DNA of 62,244 bases, the filler included, from Basidioascus undulatus (lineage: Eukaryota), in assembly GCA_000826855.1 (NCBI GenBank). It is 16 parts of 16 records of this genome, joined end to end, with 100 filler letters (N's around TTAATTAATTAA, not from the genome) between each part and the next. Parts side by side here need not be neighbours in the genome. Positions count along the whole stretch, not along the records: positions 1 to 2,532 come from JTLS01002721.1; positions 2,633 to 5,164 come from JTLS01002722.1; positions 5,265 to 7,795 come from JTLS01002723.1; positions 7,896 to 10,415 come from JTLS01002724.1; positions 10,516 to 13,034 come from JTLS01002725.1; 11 more parts are not named here. One strand, 5' to 3'. Position numbers and translations under genes: made by a program. This document shows, in pieces, positions 1 to 13,134 of the stretch; the stretch's first letter is position 1; each line of letters opens with the position of its first letter. The notes under the pieces were generated by a model. That model saw nothing but the letters and a program-made list of their open reading frames with translations. It made no database searches and was not told the origin of the DNA.

Positions 1-2532
1 GGCGATGAGCTTATCTGCCTGGTCGTAGGAGTTGGTGGAGAGGTAGGAGCGAAGGAGGAGGTTGAGGAGGACGGCGGATGTATGTGGGTTGGTTGATGTG
101 GGTGGGTGGGTGCGCCTGTAAGTGTGGAGGGATGTAAAGTTGGATTAGACGAGAAGGCTCATGGTCGGTCGGGGAAGCTGGACGCCCAACCACAAACGCT
201 CAGTACCACCGCCTGCGCTTCTCGCTCCACGGAAACGACAAGACGCAAGACGTACGCAAAGGTGTAGGTGATCAGACGACAGAGCGGGATATCGAGCGTC
301 CGCGTAAGGGGTTGCTCAGACTGGGGGAGATGGACGAGGGGGGAACGTCAGCGGTGTCGCTCCCTCGTTCGCCGCTCGACTGCCTCGTTCGCAGCCTGTG
401 GCGATCCTGCGCTTGTGGATTCCAGCACGCCCAAACCCCCACCACACCATGTACTCTCTCAACGCAGCACACCGCCACCCCGCCCGACCCCGCGCGCGCA
501 GTACCGCAGCTCACCTGGGAGTAAGTGGACGAGGTGGTGGGCGGCTAGGCGAGTGGGGCGGTGAGGGCTGCAGGATGCAGGAGTGTGTGAATGCGGGTGT
601 GCGGATACGTGGGTTGGTCGATGGGTCGATGGCGAGTCGAGGAAGGAGCGAGGGCGAGGGCGAGGGGAAAGGAAGCGGCAACAACGTCAGCGTGTTGACG
701 GACGAGGGAGCTGCAAGGCTCTTTGAGCTTGTGACCCGCGAGCCGGGCGGAGCAGGCTGCCAATCCCCAAATGCTCGTAACGCCCAAGAAAACATGAAAC
801 AATACGTCGTAGGGAACTGGACTAGGAAGCGGTGTTGTGCGCTCCTTTCACACTGCACAGCCATGTGCCGCAAAGCGCAAGAATCAAAGCCTTGGCAGGA
901 GTGCTCGCTCGCGCACGCTTCTCGCTCTTGCCCTGCTATGCAACACGATGCACTGACCGGAAGCAAAGGACTAATGGCGAGTGTGCTTGTTGTGGGAAGA
1001 GGAGGATGTGGCTGGAAAAAGAGGAGGGGAGGGAGATGTATAAGCAAGCGAGCAAGCGGTGGACGGCGAGCAGGACGATGGGAGAGCGAAGGATCGACGC
1101 GTATGCTGCACGGGGTGCCTCGCTGAAAAGCACGGAGGAGCGGCAGTGGAGGAGAGCCCAGTAACGTTCAATGTGCTATGTCCCAGCGTCACCGCATTGC
1201 CTGCCCCCTCCTTACCCGTGCTACCACACATTCATACACCCACCCACCTCCTGCTTCTAGCTCATAGAACTCACCGTTCTTCCAATCCTCGTTAAAAACC
1301 GCCAAACAACTCCTCTGTCAGCGAAATGCGCTCGGTTCGTTCGTCGGGGGTCGGGCGCGGGTGGGGTTGGTGTGTGAAGGACGAAGACTGGCGAGAGCGA
1401 GAGACCAAGACCAAGACTTTCGTCCGAGGGCGTGGCTCGAGGGCGGGTGCCGCTCACGAGTGGACTGGACTGGACTGGACTCGAGGAGGGGAGGCAACAG
1501 GCAAGGATTCAAATAACGCAGGCAGGCGGCGGGCGGCGGGCAGGCTTGCCGCGGCCGACAGGTCGATCGTAACGCGCGGGATTCGCTACAGGCTTGAAGC
1601 TGGGCGAATGGTGAAGGGGGTGTTGGGATTCGCGAACTGGGCATACTGCTGTCAAGGCATATATTTTCTTTTCCCGGATATGACAGGAATTATGCTGGGT
1701 GGATAATTGCGTAGGCGGATTGCGCGTAAGATCTTCCAGCTGTCCTGGTGCGCTTCAAGTTGGACGTGTGGAGGACAACCGGCGTGCCTACTTCACTCGG
1801 TGCGCATTATTGCTGAAGAAGTTTACCTTCAAGTCCTCGTCCACAAGCCCAAAAGTTCTGCAGACCCGAGGGCTCAAGAGCCTAGGCGAAGCACAAGTCA
1901 TTGTGAGATTGGACCGTCTTCCTGTCCCAAGCACCCAACGCCCCCGCGCTTCGCTATCCGCACACCCCCTCCCCCTCCGAACAAAGCATCACGAAAGCAA
2001 TATCATGAAAGAATGTAGGGCACCAATAGTCAACGACCGCCCCCAGCCCTTGCATCTCTCGACGCACAAGCTCAGCGGTCGTCCGGCTTATTTGCGCCCC
2101 ATCAACCTAAGTCTCTCCTCTACTCCCCAACACTACTTTACCAAACCCTCAAAAGGAGTCAGAGCCTAGTCGCGCCCGCACAAGGCGGAGAACGCTAGTT
2201 GGGGAGGTGGTTTGATTGAAGAGAAAAGACAGGCGAGGAAGACATCCTCCAGGGGCAGAGGGGTAGGGCCGATAGGAAATGGGGGAGGCCGAAAGGGGGA
2301 CTTTTGGGACGGCTCGGCCGGGAAGCGAGAAGATGCGAAGCTCGCACGCGACCACCACCAGCACGAAACGATGCATTTCTCCCAATCCTTTCCGCCTGCA
2401 AGACCAATACTAGCGCTCATCCTAGCGCTCAGGACCAGCGCGGAGTCCACGCGGGGTGTACGGCGGAGCGCGCGCATCGCAGCGCGTCTGCAGCAGCAAG
2501 CGCGGTGGTCGAGCACCTCTACCCCCTCCTCC

Positions 2533-2632
2533 NNNNNNNNNNNNNNNNNNNNNNNNNNNNNNNNNNNNNNNNNNNNTTAATTAATTAANNNNNNNNNNNN
2601 NNNNNNNNNNNNNNNNNNNNNNNNNNNNNNNN
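2533..2632. other. Artificial contig-joining linker (N44-TTAATTAATTAA-N44), first of 15
   Basis: Identical 100-bp spacers with stops in all six frames. The others are at 5165-5264, 7796-7895, 10416-10515, 13035-13134, 15653-15752, 18267-18366, 20878-20977, 44092-44191, 46696-46795, 49290-49389, 51883-51982, 54476-54575, 57066-57165 and 59656-59755. Genes are cut at these points, so synteny across them is meaningless. Confidence 0.99.
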
Positions 2633-4617
2633 CCCCTCGGCGGTCCGGCGGACGAGCTTGGGGAGATGGTTGGGACGGGGACGGGGCGGTGAAAGTGAGG
2701 ATGAGGAGGATTAGAGACTTTTGGTGAGAGGACGCTCAAATATCAGGGATAGAAGCTAGACTTATTGGGTATTTGATTCTTACTTCTTCGCCCCCGTTTT
2801 GCGTTTTGTTTATTTGTGGTTTTGGTGCTCTGGTCAAGAGCGGTTGACAGCATTGCATTCGTCGCCTGCGAAGGAAAGAAACACGACTGTGTGCTTTCCA
2901 GACATCTTCGTTTCTCTGGAGCTCGCGTATGGTTCTGTATCCAAGACAATACCTACAGTCTTATCATACCGGGTTCACCAGCAGTGGGCGGATCCGGTTG
3001 AGTGAAAGAAGACGTAACAAGGGCCTGCACCGCCGTTGCTGGAACACGGCACCACTGCTACGGAAGCCACAGAAGCACGGTCCCTCTACGTTTACACTGC
3101 AAGTATTCCTAGTCGATCCCGTAAAGAACGCCATGAGAGAACATGTGGGTCGTCCAGAATGCCGAGTTGGCACAGCGCCGGGTGGAAGACTGCAGCGCTG
3201 CACGACTGCACGTCTTCCTGACTGCTCTCGGACCTCGGTTCCGATGAAGCCATAGCGGTGGAGCAGGCCCTTAACAAAGTTGACTCGGATGAATGTTGGC
3301 TTGTCGATGGGAGAAAGGGAGATAAAGCGCTCAGGCTGTGGAAGTGCGCGGTGAAAGTTGAAAGAGCGAGACAGCGAGTGCTGTCAGGCGTTGCTGCACT
3401 GCACGCTGCTTCGCTCAGGCCTTCTAGAAGACTTTTCGACTCTCTTTTCACGATAGAATTATTGCTGAAGTTTTATCGTCAAAAACTTTGGTCTGAATGA
3501 CGTTAACGTTGGTGGTCCAAGAAAGAGCGGCGATGGGGGGGCACCAATCTCCGAGGAGGTCTGGGAGGCTCTTGAGAAGGTCAAGGTTCGACGGCGCTGT
3601 CCGCAAGGAGACTATGTGTCTAGTGTCCCACGCCACCAGCGCATACTGTATGTAGCTACCGGAGAAAGATAAGCCGAAGAAAGATAAGCATGTCCATCTG
3701 ACAGCGGCATGCGTAGGGTGCTCATAAGGTTAAAGAGAGTCTCATCCAACATTGCACGCGCGCGGCGATGCTGTCGGCGGCCTTCTCGCTCTCGCCTTGC
3801 AGGCTGACTTCGTCGTCTGGATTCTAACAGAGATGGCTTGCTTGATTATACTTCCTAATCCACGGCACACTCACCCGCCCCGCGTGGCACGCACGCATTC
3901 TAGGCTAATGGATTTATAGTCTAGCTCAGCTCATATACACCTTCGAGGGGTTCGGATCGAAGAGAGGCCGCTTTGCTCCCTTCCTTTCCCACTGACCCAT
4001 CCATCGAGCCATATCGCTCGCCCACACCCGCCTCCTCACCCGCCCGCCCTCTCCCTCTGCAATCTCGCAGCTCAGACGCTCACGCTCACGCTCAATCAAT
4101 TCTGTCCTGCCTTGCTCCAGGTGGGCTGTCTCCTCACCGCGTCGATCGCAGTCACGGCAGCAGCAGATTCCATCCATCCATCACATCTCCCATCTCAGCG
4201 TCCACAACGCTGCAGCGGCGCCCACCCTCATCTCCTCCTCCACCCCGCATCTCATCTCGATCTCCCCCCTACACCCCCGCCCTCGCCCGACGCCTTCTTG
4301 CGCCCCGGCTATCTGAGCGACAGACCCGAGCGGGCACGCCCCGGCCCACGATCGCTGTGCGAGTCTGAGCTCGAGCGGCAGCAGCAGCAATCCAGCCCGT
4401 CTCGTCTGCACCTACCCACCCTTCCTCCCACACACCCATCTCCCCCGATACCCCTCCCCTCCCCACCCGCGTCTGCTCAGCCGGACTGCGCGCCCCACAT
4501 CCGCTGGCCCGGACAAGTGTCCACCTTACGCTCCCTCCCTCCCCGCGTCGCCGGACCGACATTCGTTCAATTCCTCCTCTTCCTACCTTCATAATCTCCG
4601 CCTCTTCTCGTCCCAAG

Positions 4618-5164
4618 ATGGACACCAGCATCTACGCTCCGCCTCCCCCGCCTCTCCATCCCGATTCTCCTACTTACGACGAGACGTACCCGTACAGCGC
4701 GCCCGAGCTCGAGCCGCTCTCGCCCACGTCGATGGCCTCGACATCGATGGCCTCGATGCCGCTCTGGACGCCTCCATGTGACTTTGTATGTCCCTGCATG
4801 TCTACACCTTCCCTTCCTGGCACTTGAGGTCTGACTTTGGGCGATCGGGCCGGCACACAGTCCTCCCCCACGGAGGGAAGCTTCTTCGAGCGCTCGGTCG
4901 ACCCTGCGTCGAGTGAGACGTACTATAGCGCACGCTCGTCTCTGAGCGTCTGGGAGGGGCAGCTGGAGACTGCTTGGTCGGACGGAGCGGGGAACTGGGC
5001 CGACGCGGGCGCGGGAACCGAGCAGCCGGCAGCGCTGGCGATGCCGGTCGTGAAGCTGCAGCCCGTCCCGGCGTCCAAGAAGCGCAAGGGCGCGGGCGCG
5101 GCCTCGACCCCTAGCCTGGCGACGCGGAAGCGGACGCCCTCGACGCCGCTGCTCCTGCAGGTCC
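4618..5164 (+). CDS. Hypothetical Pro/Ser-rich protein, N-terminal part (2 exons, truncated by contig end)
   Basis: ATG at 4618 (MDTSIYAPPP...). A GTATGT...CTGAC...CAG intron at 4786-4860 joins in frame to SSPTEGSFFERS...SKKRKG...RKRTP (NLS-like). No family recognised. Confidence 0.55.
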
Positions 5165-5264
5165 NNNNNNNNNNNNNNNNNNNNNNNNNNNNNNNNNNNN
5201 NNNNNNNNTTAATTAATTAANNNNNNNNNNNNNNNNNNNNNNNNNNNNNNNNNNNNNNNNNNNN

Positions 5265-6051
5265 GCGCTTGCAGGGTTGAAAACGGCCGCGAAAATAAGG
5301 CTCAGGTCCCGCCTTCAAGAGCGGGTCAATAAGGAAGAGGTAGTAGGCGTGCACGGTTGAAAACTATTCGTCTGAGAAGATTGAGCCGGGCTCGCTGTCG
5401 TCCGCTGGGTGGTTGTTGTGCAGCGGTCCGATCGAGTAGCTCCTTGTAGTCTCGAAGCCTTCCTCGTCGCCATAAAAAATGACAGTGCCGATGAGGGAAA
5501 AAGTGAGCCTGCTCAAGTCGGCCATGATGGACGCCAGGGAACCCAGAAAAGCGTTCCTGCGCTGCTCGGTACGCTAAGTAAAGTCGTACCATAGGTCCCG
5601 CATATTCTTCCCCGGAGCCCAGTTGCTCAAGAGGAACGGAACCCCCAGATCATTGCTCCGCGTGGAGCATGAATGGCTGGGATCGGCACGACTGTGCGGG
5701 CCGTGGAAACGTCGTGGCGCATGCGCGCTCGCTGGCAGGCGTTGGCGGAGAGAGAGGGGTGCGAAGATCCCAGCAGACTCCGTCGCAAAACTCGAGCTTG
5801 AACACAGCATTGTAGGAGCCACAGACCAGGTGAGGGGTGGAGACGCAAGTGAGTGGGACGTGGTCGTCGCTGGTGGCAATGGCAGCGGGATCGAAGATGG
5901 CGCTCACGGAGAGTACATGGACGGCCAGACGGGCAGGATTGGGTGCCAGAATAAATTTAGGCAGACCTGAGGCGGAAGTACCAGTGTCGGACGTGACGGG
6001 CGAGAGGCTGGAGAAGAGTGGATACGGTAGCTGAATCGGTGGTAGTGGCAA
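5265..6051 (-). pseudogene. Decayed aminoglycoside phosphotransferase (APH)-like kinase
   Basis: GSYNAVFKLEFCDGVCWDLRTP resembles the APH N-lobe motif. A second frame gives LGVPFLLSNWAPGKNMRDLWYDFT*RTEQRRNAFLGSLASIMADLSRLTF, with an in-frame TAG at 5574-5576. Confidence 0.6.
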
Positions 6052-6384
6052 AGCAGAAAGGGCTTCGGCAGAGCATTTTTAACGGCCTGTTGATTTATGA
6101 AAGAATTCAATAATTTTACATACTAGTATATGCCGCGGGCATGCGGTTCTGTGCTGCTGACCTCTGGTCGTGAGGCTGTGCCCACAGCAAGCTTGCAGGC
6201 GCCCGTCGAGTCACGCATGAGCTGCCCTTTTTTACTTGGCCATCCATCTTCAACCCACTGCGCCCACATTGAGCTTTGGATAAGCAAGCCTACTTTATGC
6301 CAGGGCTACACTTCCAAAAGATTGCACCGGCGCCCATCGAGATGCCGCGTTCCTCGCCCGCAGCCGCCCGTAGTTTCCTTCACT

Positions 6385-7110
6385 CCGGTGCCATCTTCCG
6401 CGGCACGCAGCGCTCCGGTCGATCTTCATACGAATTCGAAGTCTTCCTCAAAGGCGCGCCCTCGGTCGCCATCCCTCCGAAACTCTGCCCTTCCCCTCTA
6501 GGACGTCTCCCTGCCCCACTCCTCCTTCACCGGCTACCTCCGCCATCCAGACCTCACTACCCCTGTTCTTTGGGGAGCCTATAAGTCCCGATGTTGGCTT
6601 TATCACCGCCAAGTGGGGCGCGTCCGAGGCGAACGATCTGAAGCACTGGCAGCGCTTCCCTGCGTTTCGGCAGCTCAGGCCTACGCTGCGCGGGCCCGGC
6701 CCGGGGAGGGGTGGGAGGGGAGAGACACGGTGTTCATGCGGTAAAGAGCAGCTTGTCCTTCCCTATGGTGCAGCTCAGCTGGATGGTGCGGCTCAGGGAT
6801 ACCGAAAGTGCGAGCATCGAGGGTGCGCCTCTTTCGGGTTCCCTCGTTGATTGCTTTAATTTGGAGCGCTGATACATCATCAAAATCGTTTCCAGGTTTT
6901 TACTATGTCTGCCTGGACCTCTCATCCCCCAAGTCCGGACCACAAATCCAGGGGTTTTACTTCTGTACGGTTTTCCGTCGCTATCTTCAATTTGCTTGTT
7001 CTCGTGCGCTTACATGTGCACTGTGTGGGAACGGGGCGGACTCATTCATCGTAATCAGACCAGAACGCAGAGTTATTCCAGTAACTCAACATGCGCTATG
7101 TCCCCAGTCC
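6385..7110 (+). pseudogene. GID4/VID24 (vacuolar import and degradation) family pseudogene
   Basis: Ordered motifs GAIFRGTQRSGRSSYEFEV, FITAKWGASEANDLKHWQRFPAFRQLR, VFMR, IEGA, GFYYVC, IQGFYF and QNAELFQ*LN. TAA at 6742-6744 sits where FMRWKE is expected, and a second TAA is at 7082-7084. Confidence 0.7.
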
Positions 7111-7896
7111 ATGAATGGAGAGTAAGCGCTGTAGGCGTGCAGGGCAGACCGAGCGTCTTTCGTCGGTTTCTCTTTAAGCAATTCTGGGATTACGTTTGCC
7201 ATGCGAGGTCCAAAATCTCGGTGGAAGGCGTGAGCTGTCCGAAAGACAGAGCGAGCTGCGGCATGAAAAGCACGCCTGAAGACGCTGACAGCGGGAATGG
7301 CATCCACACCCCGCCCGCCGTAGAGCGGGAAATGCGGCCATTGCGAACGGACGAGTGTCCGCGAAGTGGCATCTCCCCATCTCAACGAGGACAGTCTCAC
7401 ATGCAAGCACATCCATCCAATCTGAATCCGTTTCTCATCGAGTGCAGATAGGTAAAGTGTGTCCGGATGTCCGCTCTCTAAAAGCCCAAGAAAGTCAATG
7501 CGCACGTGCAAGCAAGCAAGACCTCTTCCCTCTCCCCTCTCCCCTCTGCCCCTCCTCATCCCCCCTCCTTCTCGTCCCCCGGCCCCGCCCCAGCAGCGAA
7601 CGGCACGATCTCCGCCCCATGCGTGGTGATCTCCGTCCAGGGCGGGAAGTACGTCGGCAGCGCGTCCGGCGCGAGGTGCGGGAGGCGCGTGGAGATGAGC
7701 GAGAGGAGGGCGGTGTGGATCAACTGCCGGGGGGGGACCGAGGATGTGTGGACTGGGGGGGGAAAACAGGGGGTGTGGGCGTCTGGGTGGGCTCANNNNN
7801 NNNNNNNNNNNNNNNNNNNNNNNNNNNNNNNNNNNNNNNTTAATTAATTAANNNNNNNNNNNNNNNNNNNNNNNNNNNNNNNNNNNNNNNNNNNNC

Positions 7897-8259
7897 TTAC
7901 GCATCATCCCGACCTCCCGCGACCCCACCCCCTCCCTCGCCCTCTCCTCCCGCAACGCTTACCTCTCCCCCTCCGAGCGTACCGAAATTGCGCCCCTGCT
8001 CTACCGCTCGCTCCGCGCCTCGCAATACGCCTACGAGGCCGGCGCCCGCGCGAGGGATGAGATCCTTGAGGCTGGGAGTAAGGCGCTGAGGGAGGCGGAG
8101 GGACGCGGGGCGAGGGTCGATTATGTTGAGATTAATGATCCGGGGAGCTTTGAGGTTGTGAGGGAAGTGGGGGAGGGCGGGGCGGTGCTTAGTGGGGCCA
8201 TGTGGGTTGGGAAGACCAGGTTGATCGACAATGTCTTCTTGGGGGTGAGGGTGGATTGA
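7897..8259 (+). CDS. PAN6: Pantoate-beta-alanine ligase (pantothenate synthetase), C-terminal fragment
   Basis: My translation: LRIIPTSRDPTPSLALSSRNAYLSPSER...RVDYVEIND...AVLSGAMWVGKTRLIDNVFLG. It contains the diagnostic ALSSRN and RLIDN motifs; stop TGA at 8257-8259. Confidence 0.93.
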   Translation, partial: LRIIPTSRDPTPSLALSSRNAYLSPSERTEIAPLLYRSLRASQYAYEAGARARDEILEAGSKALREAEGRGARVDYVEINDPGSFEVVREVGEGGAVLSGAMWVGKTRLIDNVFLGVRVD

Positions 8260-11164
8260 GGGGGAGACAGATCTTATTTGAATGGATGGACCGAGTGTGT
8301 GTGCGGGGGGAGGGGCGCCCTCGATGCTGGGACGGAGCAGGACGGAGGAGTGCACGGTCGGGCGGGCCGGAGACTGGAGCGTCTGCGAAGCTTGGTGAGG
8401 ACTGACGACGGCTTTATTACGAGCTCGAAATTTCTTTTGATTCAGCTGAAGGTGCAGTAACTGATCTCCGAGAACGACAGCCATGCAGCCTACTCGAACC
8501 CCCAGCGCAGCCGGCGCTGCTGTTTGACACACAAACGCACGACGTTGAGCAAGGCAGGTAGGAACTGCAAAATGATAATCTTCGACGATACAACCTCTAA
8601 TATTTATTACTTTCCAATCACCTCTCCCGTTTCGTCCGCCGCGACTTGCATCGCAACTTCCGATCCGTCACCGCAGCGTTTCAGCTGCCCCCTTTCACCT
8701 CGCAGCGTCGTCAAGGAGCCTCCTCGCCTGCCTTCAAATACGCCCACCACTCTTTTCTTCTCTTGCACTCATCTTTTATCCAGCGCAGGCCGCACTTTCA
8801 TCACCCTTCTTCTTCACTCCCAGTCGCAAGAACGCCGCCATACACGTCCTCCAGTCCACCGTCCTCCTCCTCACACTCCTCCTCCTCCTCTCCCTCGAGT
8901 TCGCGCACGCTGCCCCGCAGCAGAACCAGTGGGTCTCTTTCTTCTGCTCTGCCTCCTCGTCCCCTCTCGGAATGAGCTGGACTGACAGGGAGGGCAGATG
9001 TTTGCCAGGCGCCGCCAGAAGCTCGCCACCCCCGACCAGTTAGTTGACCCGGCCATCTCCCTGACGGAGGGGGCGATGAGGTACATCCCCCTTCCCTCCT
9101 CCTCCTTCCTCTTCCTCTTCCCCCTTCACTCGGACACTCACCGCCTGCCCCTCCCCCTTCCACACAGCGACGGCACCGGCCCCAAGCCCTACAGCGCCGC
9201 AGCCGTGGCCGCCGCGAACTTGGCGCCCGCGCCCGCGGCGGCTGCGAGGGGCCTCACCGGCCCGAGGCCCTACACCACCTACGGCGACACCCTCGACCCC
9301 CCGGTGCGCCGTGCCCCGCGCCTCCCGCTCCCGCACGAAGTGCACAGCTTCGACCATGCGATGGCGGCGAGGACGCTGTACGTTCTCGTATCTGGGTGAC
9401 GGAGGAAGAGAGGTAGAGGACTGACTGAATTGGGAGGAGGGTAGGGAGAATGGGCAGATCGTGGAATTCTGATGAGAGGGAGTGAGATTGGCGTATTGAG
9501 TCACTGGCGAACGTACATTGATGCGTGTGATGTTTCTTGGAAAGTGATTTGGGTGTGGCATGCTCAAGGCTCTTGGACCGTCGTGCCGTGTTCGCGCTGG
9601 CTGTTGTACTACCTCTTTCCTCAGCCTAGCCTCGTTGAAAATGTGTCTGCGTAGGGTTGTTCGGCATAATGAGGATTCGCAAGACGTGCTTCCACGATGC
9701 GTGAGGGTGCGATGCTCGAGCTGGGGTGCCACAGACGCACTTGTCAATGTGCCCAGAGCATTTCCGAATCTTTTTGGAGATTGTCAGGTCGTGGAGAAGT
9801 TTCAATAGACGGTACCGCACTCAGCGTAGTGAGAAGCGTAGCCTGCTGAACAGCGAGGCACACAGCGGCATATGCATCGCACTCCACACAACGCAATCAA
9901 GGGGTACAGGCTGCTGGAAACAGTCGGGCTGAGCAATGTAAGTTGCGCGGAGGACATGCCGTGGTTTGCAATTGTGAGAGTCGCTCTGAGCTGTCCACTC
10001 AAATGGTGTTGCTGGCACCCCTCTAATCTCATTTTCCCCAGAGTTTAGTGATATACTAGGGTTGAGTCTTGGTCAGTCGAACCTTGTTAGCAGCGTGAAG
10101 GGAAGAGGACTTGAGGGCCCGTCGTCGACCGCGACTACAGTACTTTCTCCATCCGGCTGCGTAAGTACTTGCGACATTCCGACTATTTATGATGGTATGG
10201 GAAGAACATATCCTAGCATTTTGGCTTCATACTTTGTTTCGCATTAGCTGGAGGCTGCTCGAAGCACACGGTGCCCAAACCTCGCATTCATTCAGTCAAA
10301 AGATTACACTCGGTCGCGAATGTCTCACCTGAGCCGGACGCGGGCCGGAAGAGTGGCGGCTCCGCTTGTCTACCTACAAACGATGAAACCTAATTCGATA
10401 ACAACAAACAGGAACNNNNNNNNNNNNNNNNNNNNNNNNNNNNNNNNNNNNNNNNNNNNTTAATTAATTAANNNNNNNNNNNNNNNNNNNNNNNNNNNNN
10501 NNNNNNNNNNNNNNNTTCCAACCAACTCAAAACCCAAGCTATTTTCGCCTAAAACAATCCCAGACGTCCACCATCCCCTCATCCCAGACGCTCGCCGCGA
10601 GCACGTCGACCCCGAGGCTGTTCAAGACGCGCCAGCACAACTCGCTCTCGTCCCGGACGATGATTGGGACGTCGTCGTCTGGCAGCCGCCTTGTGCGTTG
10701 ACCGTCTCCCGGGGCACGTCTTCTGTCTGTGAGATGCAGTTCTGACCTTCGACGTTGCGCAGAACAACTGAACGCTCGGGATTTGAACCGTACATTCTCG
10801 TACATTGTTGAAATCTGCCATCGTCCAGTTACACACACATTGCAACCCACCATTCTTCCCTTGTCCTGCGTCCGATCTACGTTCTTTCCGCTTTCCTTCC
10901 ATTCTCTCTTCCGGGGCTCATTTCATACTTTCCACATGCGCATTCAAACGTTCTGGTTCATAGTTCGCACAAGGTTACCCCCCTTTTCATCCTCAACATT
11001 CCCCACCCCCGCATTACGCCCTGCTTGCAACTCTACTTGCTCGCTGAAGGGTGTCATGCCAGTTCTGGTTCCGGCTTGGAGATTCAGGTCAAACGCAGAT
11101 CGGCAGGTTATACATAGCGCCATACAAAGCATTCAATTCAGGCAAGGAGTTTCGTTGTACCGCA

Positions 11165-11700
11165 TCATGCCTCGCGAGCATTCCTCCTCGACCGCGAGCC
11201 CGACTCGAGCAGCTTCACAGGGACAACAATGGCAAACTCGTGTCCGTCGAGCAGAGGTTCGAGAGCACAGTCCTTCTGACCCTCCAGCGCTTCGAGCGGC
11301 TCAGCATGATCGACGAAGAGCTGCGTGTTGGCGAGCGCGATGGGCTGCGTCTCAGCTGCCGCTGCGGGCCTCGACGAAGGCTCGTTTGAAAAAAGGGAGC
11401 CGACGACCGCCTCCGCCTTCAGATACGGCGTTTGGCACGCCTCAATGACCGCGGTAGCATGGTGAGCGATAAAGTCGAGGTCGATGTGATTCGGGCTGTC
11501 ACTGCAGGCGATGAGGGCACGGACAGCGTGCGGGTGGGAAGACACGAGCCCAGCAACGACGGCGTCACCCAGAGCCTCCTTTGCGACCCTGATGAGAGAA
11601 GTCGATCCCAAGGTTGCGATACTGCGGCGCGACGACGAGCTGAGTGATTCAGCAGGCGCAGGGGCGAGTAGTAGGCGTGGACGAGAAGGCGTGCCCGATG
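11165..11700 (-). pseudogene. Fungal GNAT-like acetyltransferase-family pseudogene
   Basis: C*ITQLVVAPQYRNLGI (GNAT motif A-like, with TGA at 11649-11651 where Trp is expected), then a frameshift into GLVSSHPHAVRAL...LFVDHAEPLEAL...LLDGHEF. Confidence 0.55.
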
Positions 11701-12525
11701 AGAGAGGAGGCTCAGGAAGACGGTGGGGAAAATGTGATGAGGGAGCGAAAACACCTTAAGGGGCCGGGACGAAGCTGGCGCGAAGAGCATGAAAGACATC
11801 TGACAGTCGTGACTCGGCACGTGAGTGTTCGAGGGCTCAGTGCACGATGAAATAGTTGTAGTGACGATGTGCCCTTCATTTTGAGTAGATTTCCTTAAGA
11901 ATCCGGGAGGAAAAACAGGGAAACCGTCTGCGATCGTAGCGCGCTTTTCAAGCAACGTTGACTGCTGCAACTACTAACCCGCAGCAAGCTCACCCGAAGC
12001 CGGCCAGACAAAATGAGACGTTTCTTCAGATCTTAGAGTAAAACTGAAGTATCGGACAGTTGGGCTTTCCATTATATAACAAGTCAGTCGAGCGAGGTGA
12101 ACATCCGTAGCTACTTCCTGGCAAGGACAGCGGATGGCGCCAACAATGCATGCCTTCGTGATGTCGGTTGACCGGGGAAGGCATTTGATTATGGACAATA
12201 CACCCGGAAAGTATGCAGGAATTCCCTAACTGCACTGTCAAGGCCGCGGAGGAGCTCATTGGCAAGCGTTAGGAAGCACAGCCTGCGCCTTCACTTGTGC
12301 GCACATAGTCGGACTGGAGTAGGCGTCTTGTGCGGTATGAAATGTGCATGCAGGCGCGTTGGCTGGCGCTTAGATCGACAAGATGTCCAGGGGCGAGACG
12401 GTACAGCGTAGACCTTCGACCGCTCATCGCAACAGACGCAGGCAGGACGAGAATCTCACTCTGCTGTGGCCCACCAGCCGATGCACACGCACACGCAGCA
12501 CCTCTCGGGGGAAATTTTCTTCATC

Positions 12526-12929
12526 TCACGCCCCTTCCCTCGGGCTCCCGAGACTCGGACTCCTACTAACGAACTTCCCCCCTCCCTCCGCATCGCTCCC
12601 CGGGCTGGGACTCCTACTAACGAACCTCCCCTCGCTGGCCGGGCTAGGACTGCGGCTCACGAACCTGTCCTCCCCTTCATCGCCCTCCTCCTCCTCCCCA
12701 TCGCTGTACAGCTTTCCACGCGTATCGCCTTCCTCGCCCATCTCCTCCTCGTCCCCACCGGCGGGGCGGGGGTTGTATCCCTCGTCGAGCGGCGACACCC
12801 GCACGGCGAGGCCCTCGGTGTCTTCCAAAACGTCCCGCCGCGATAGGCGAGGGAGGATGATGTCGCATACGCGCTCGTCCCGGAGGAGGGAGTCGACAAA
12901 TTCGTCCATGTGCGTTAGGTCGTAGCCGG
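12526..12929 (-). CDS. PRP38: Pre-mRNA splicing factor Prp38, last exon
   Basis: YDLTHMDEFVDSLLRDERVCDIILPRLSRRDVLE matches the Prp38 C-terminal motif. Acceptor CAG at 12932-12930; acidic tail with three FVSRSPS repeats. Confidence 0.9.
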
Positions 12930-13134
12930 CTGTGCATGGGTGAGTGACCAGGGGTGAGATACAGGGGAAAAAGTAAGGTGAGGAGGAGGTTCGGCGGCTG
13001 CAGCAGGAGAAGGCGGCGTTGGTGGCTGAAAGGGNNNNNNNNNNNNNNNNNNNNNNNNNNNNNNNNNNNNNNNNNNNNTTAATTAATTAANNNNNNNNNN
13101 NNNNNNNNNNNNNNNNNNNNNNNNNNNNNNNNNN

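Noticed and set aside
1..2532. ORFs in the first contig, and in 8998-10415, 24800-26300, 51983-54475 and 61300-62244
   Set aside because: I found no recognisable motifs or consistent exon structure that I can support.
7111..7200. MNG...GRPSVF resembling the Neurospora arginine attenuator peptide
   Set aside because: The pieces are in different frames, the DYLSDHLW core is absent, and no CPA1/arg-2 gene follows. Chance match.
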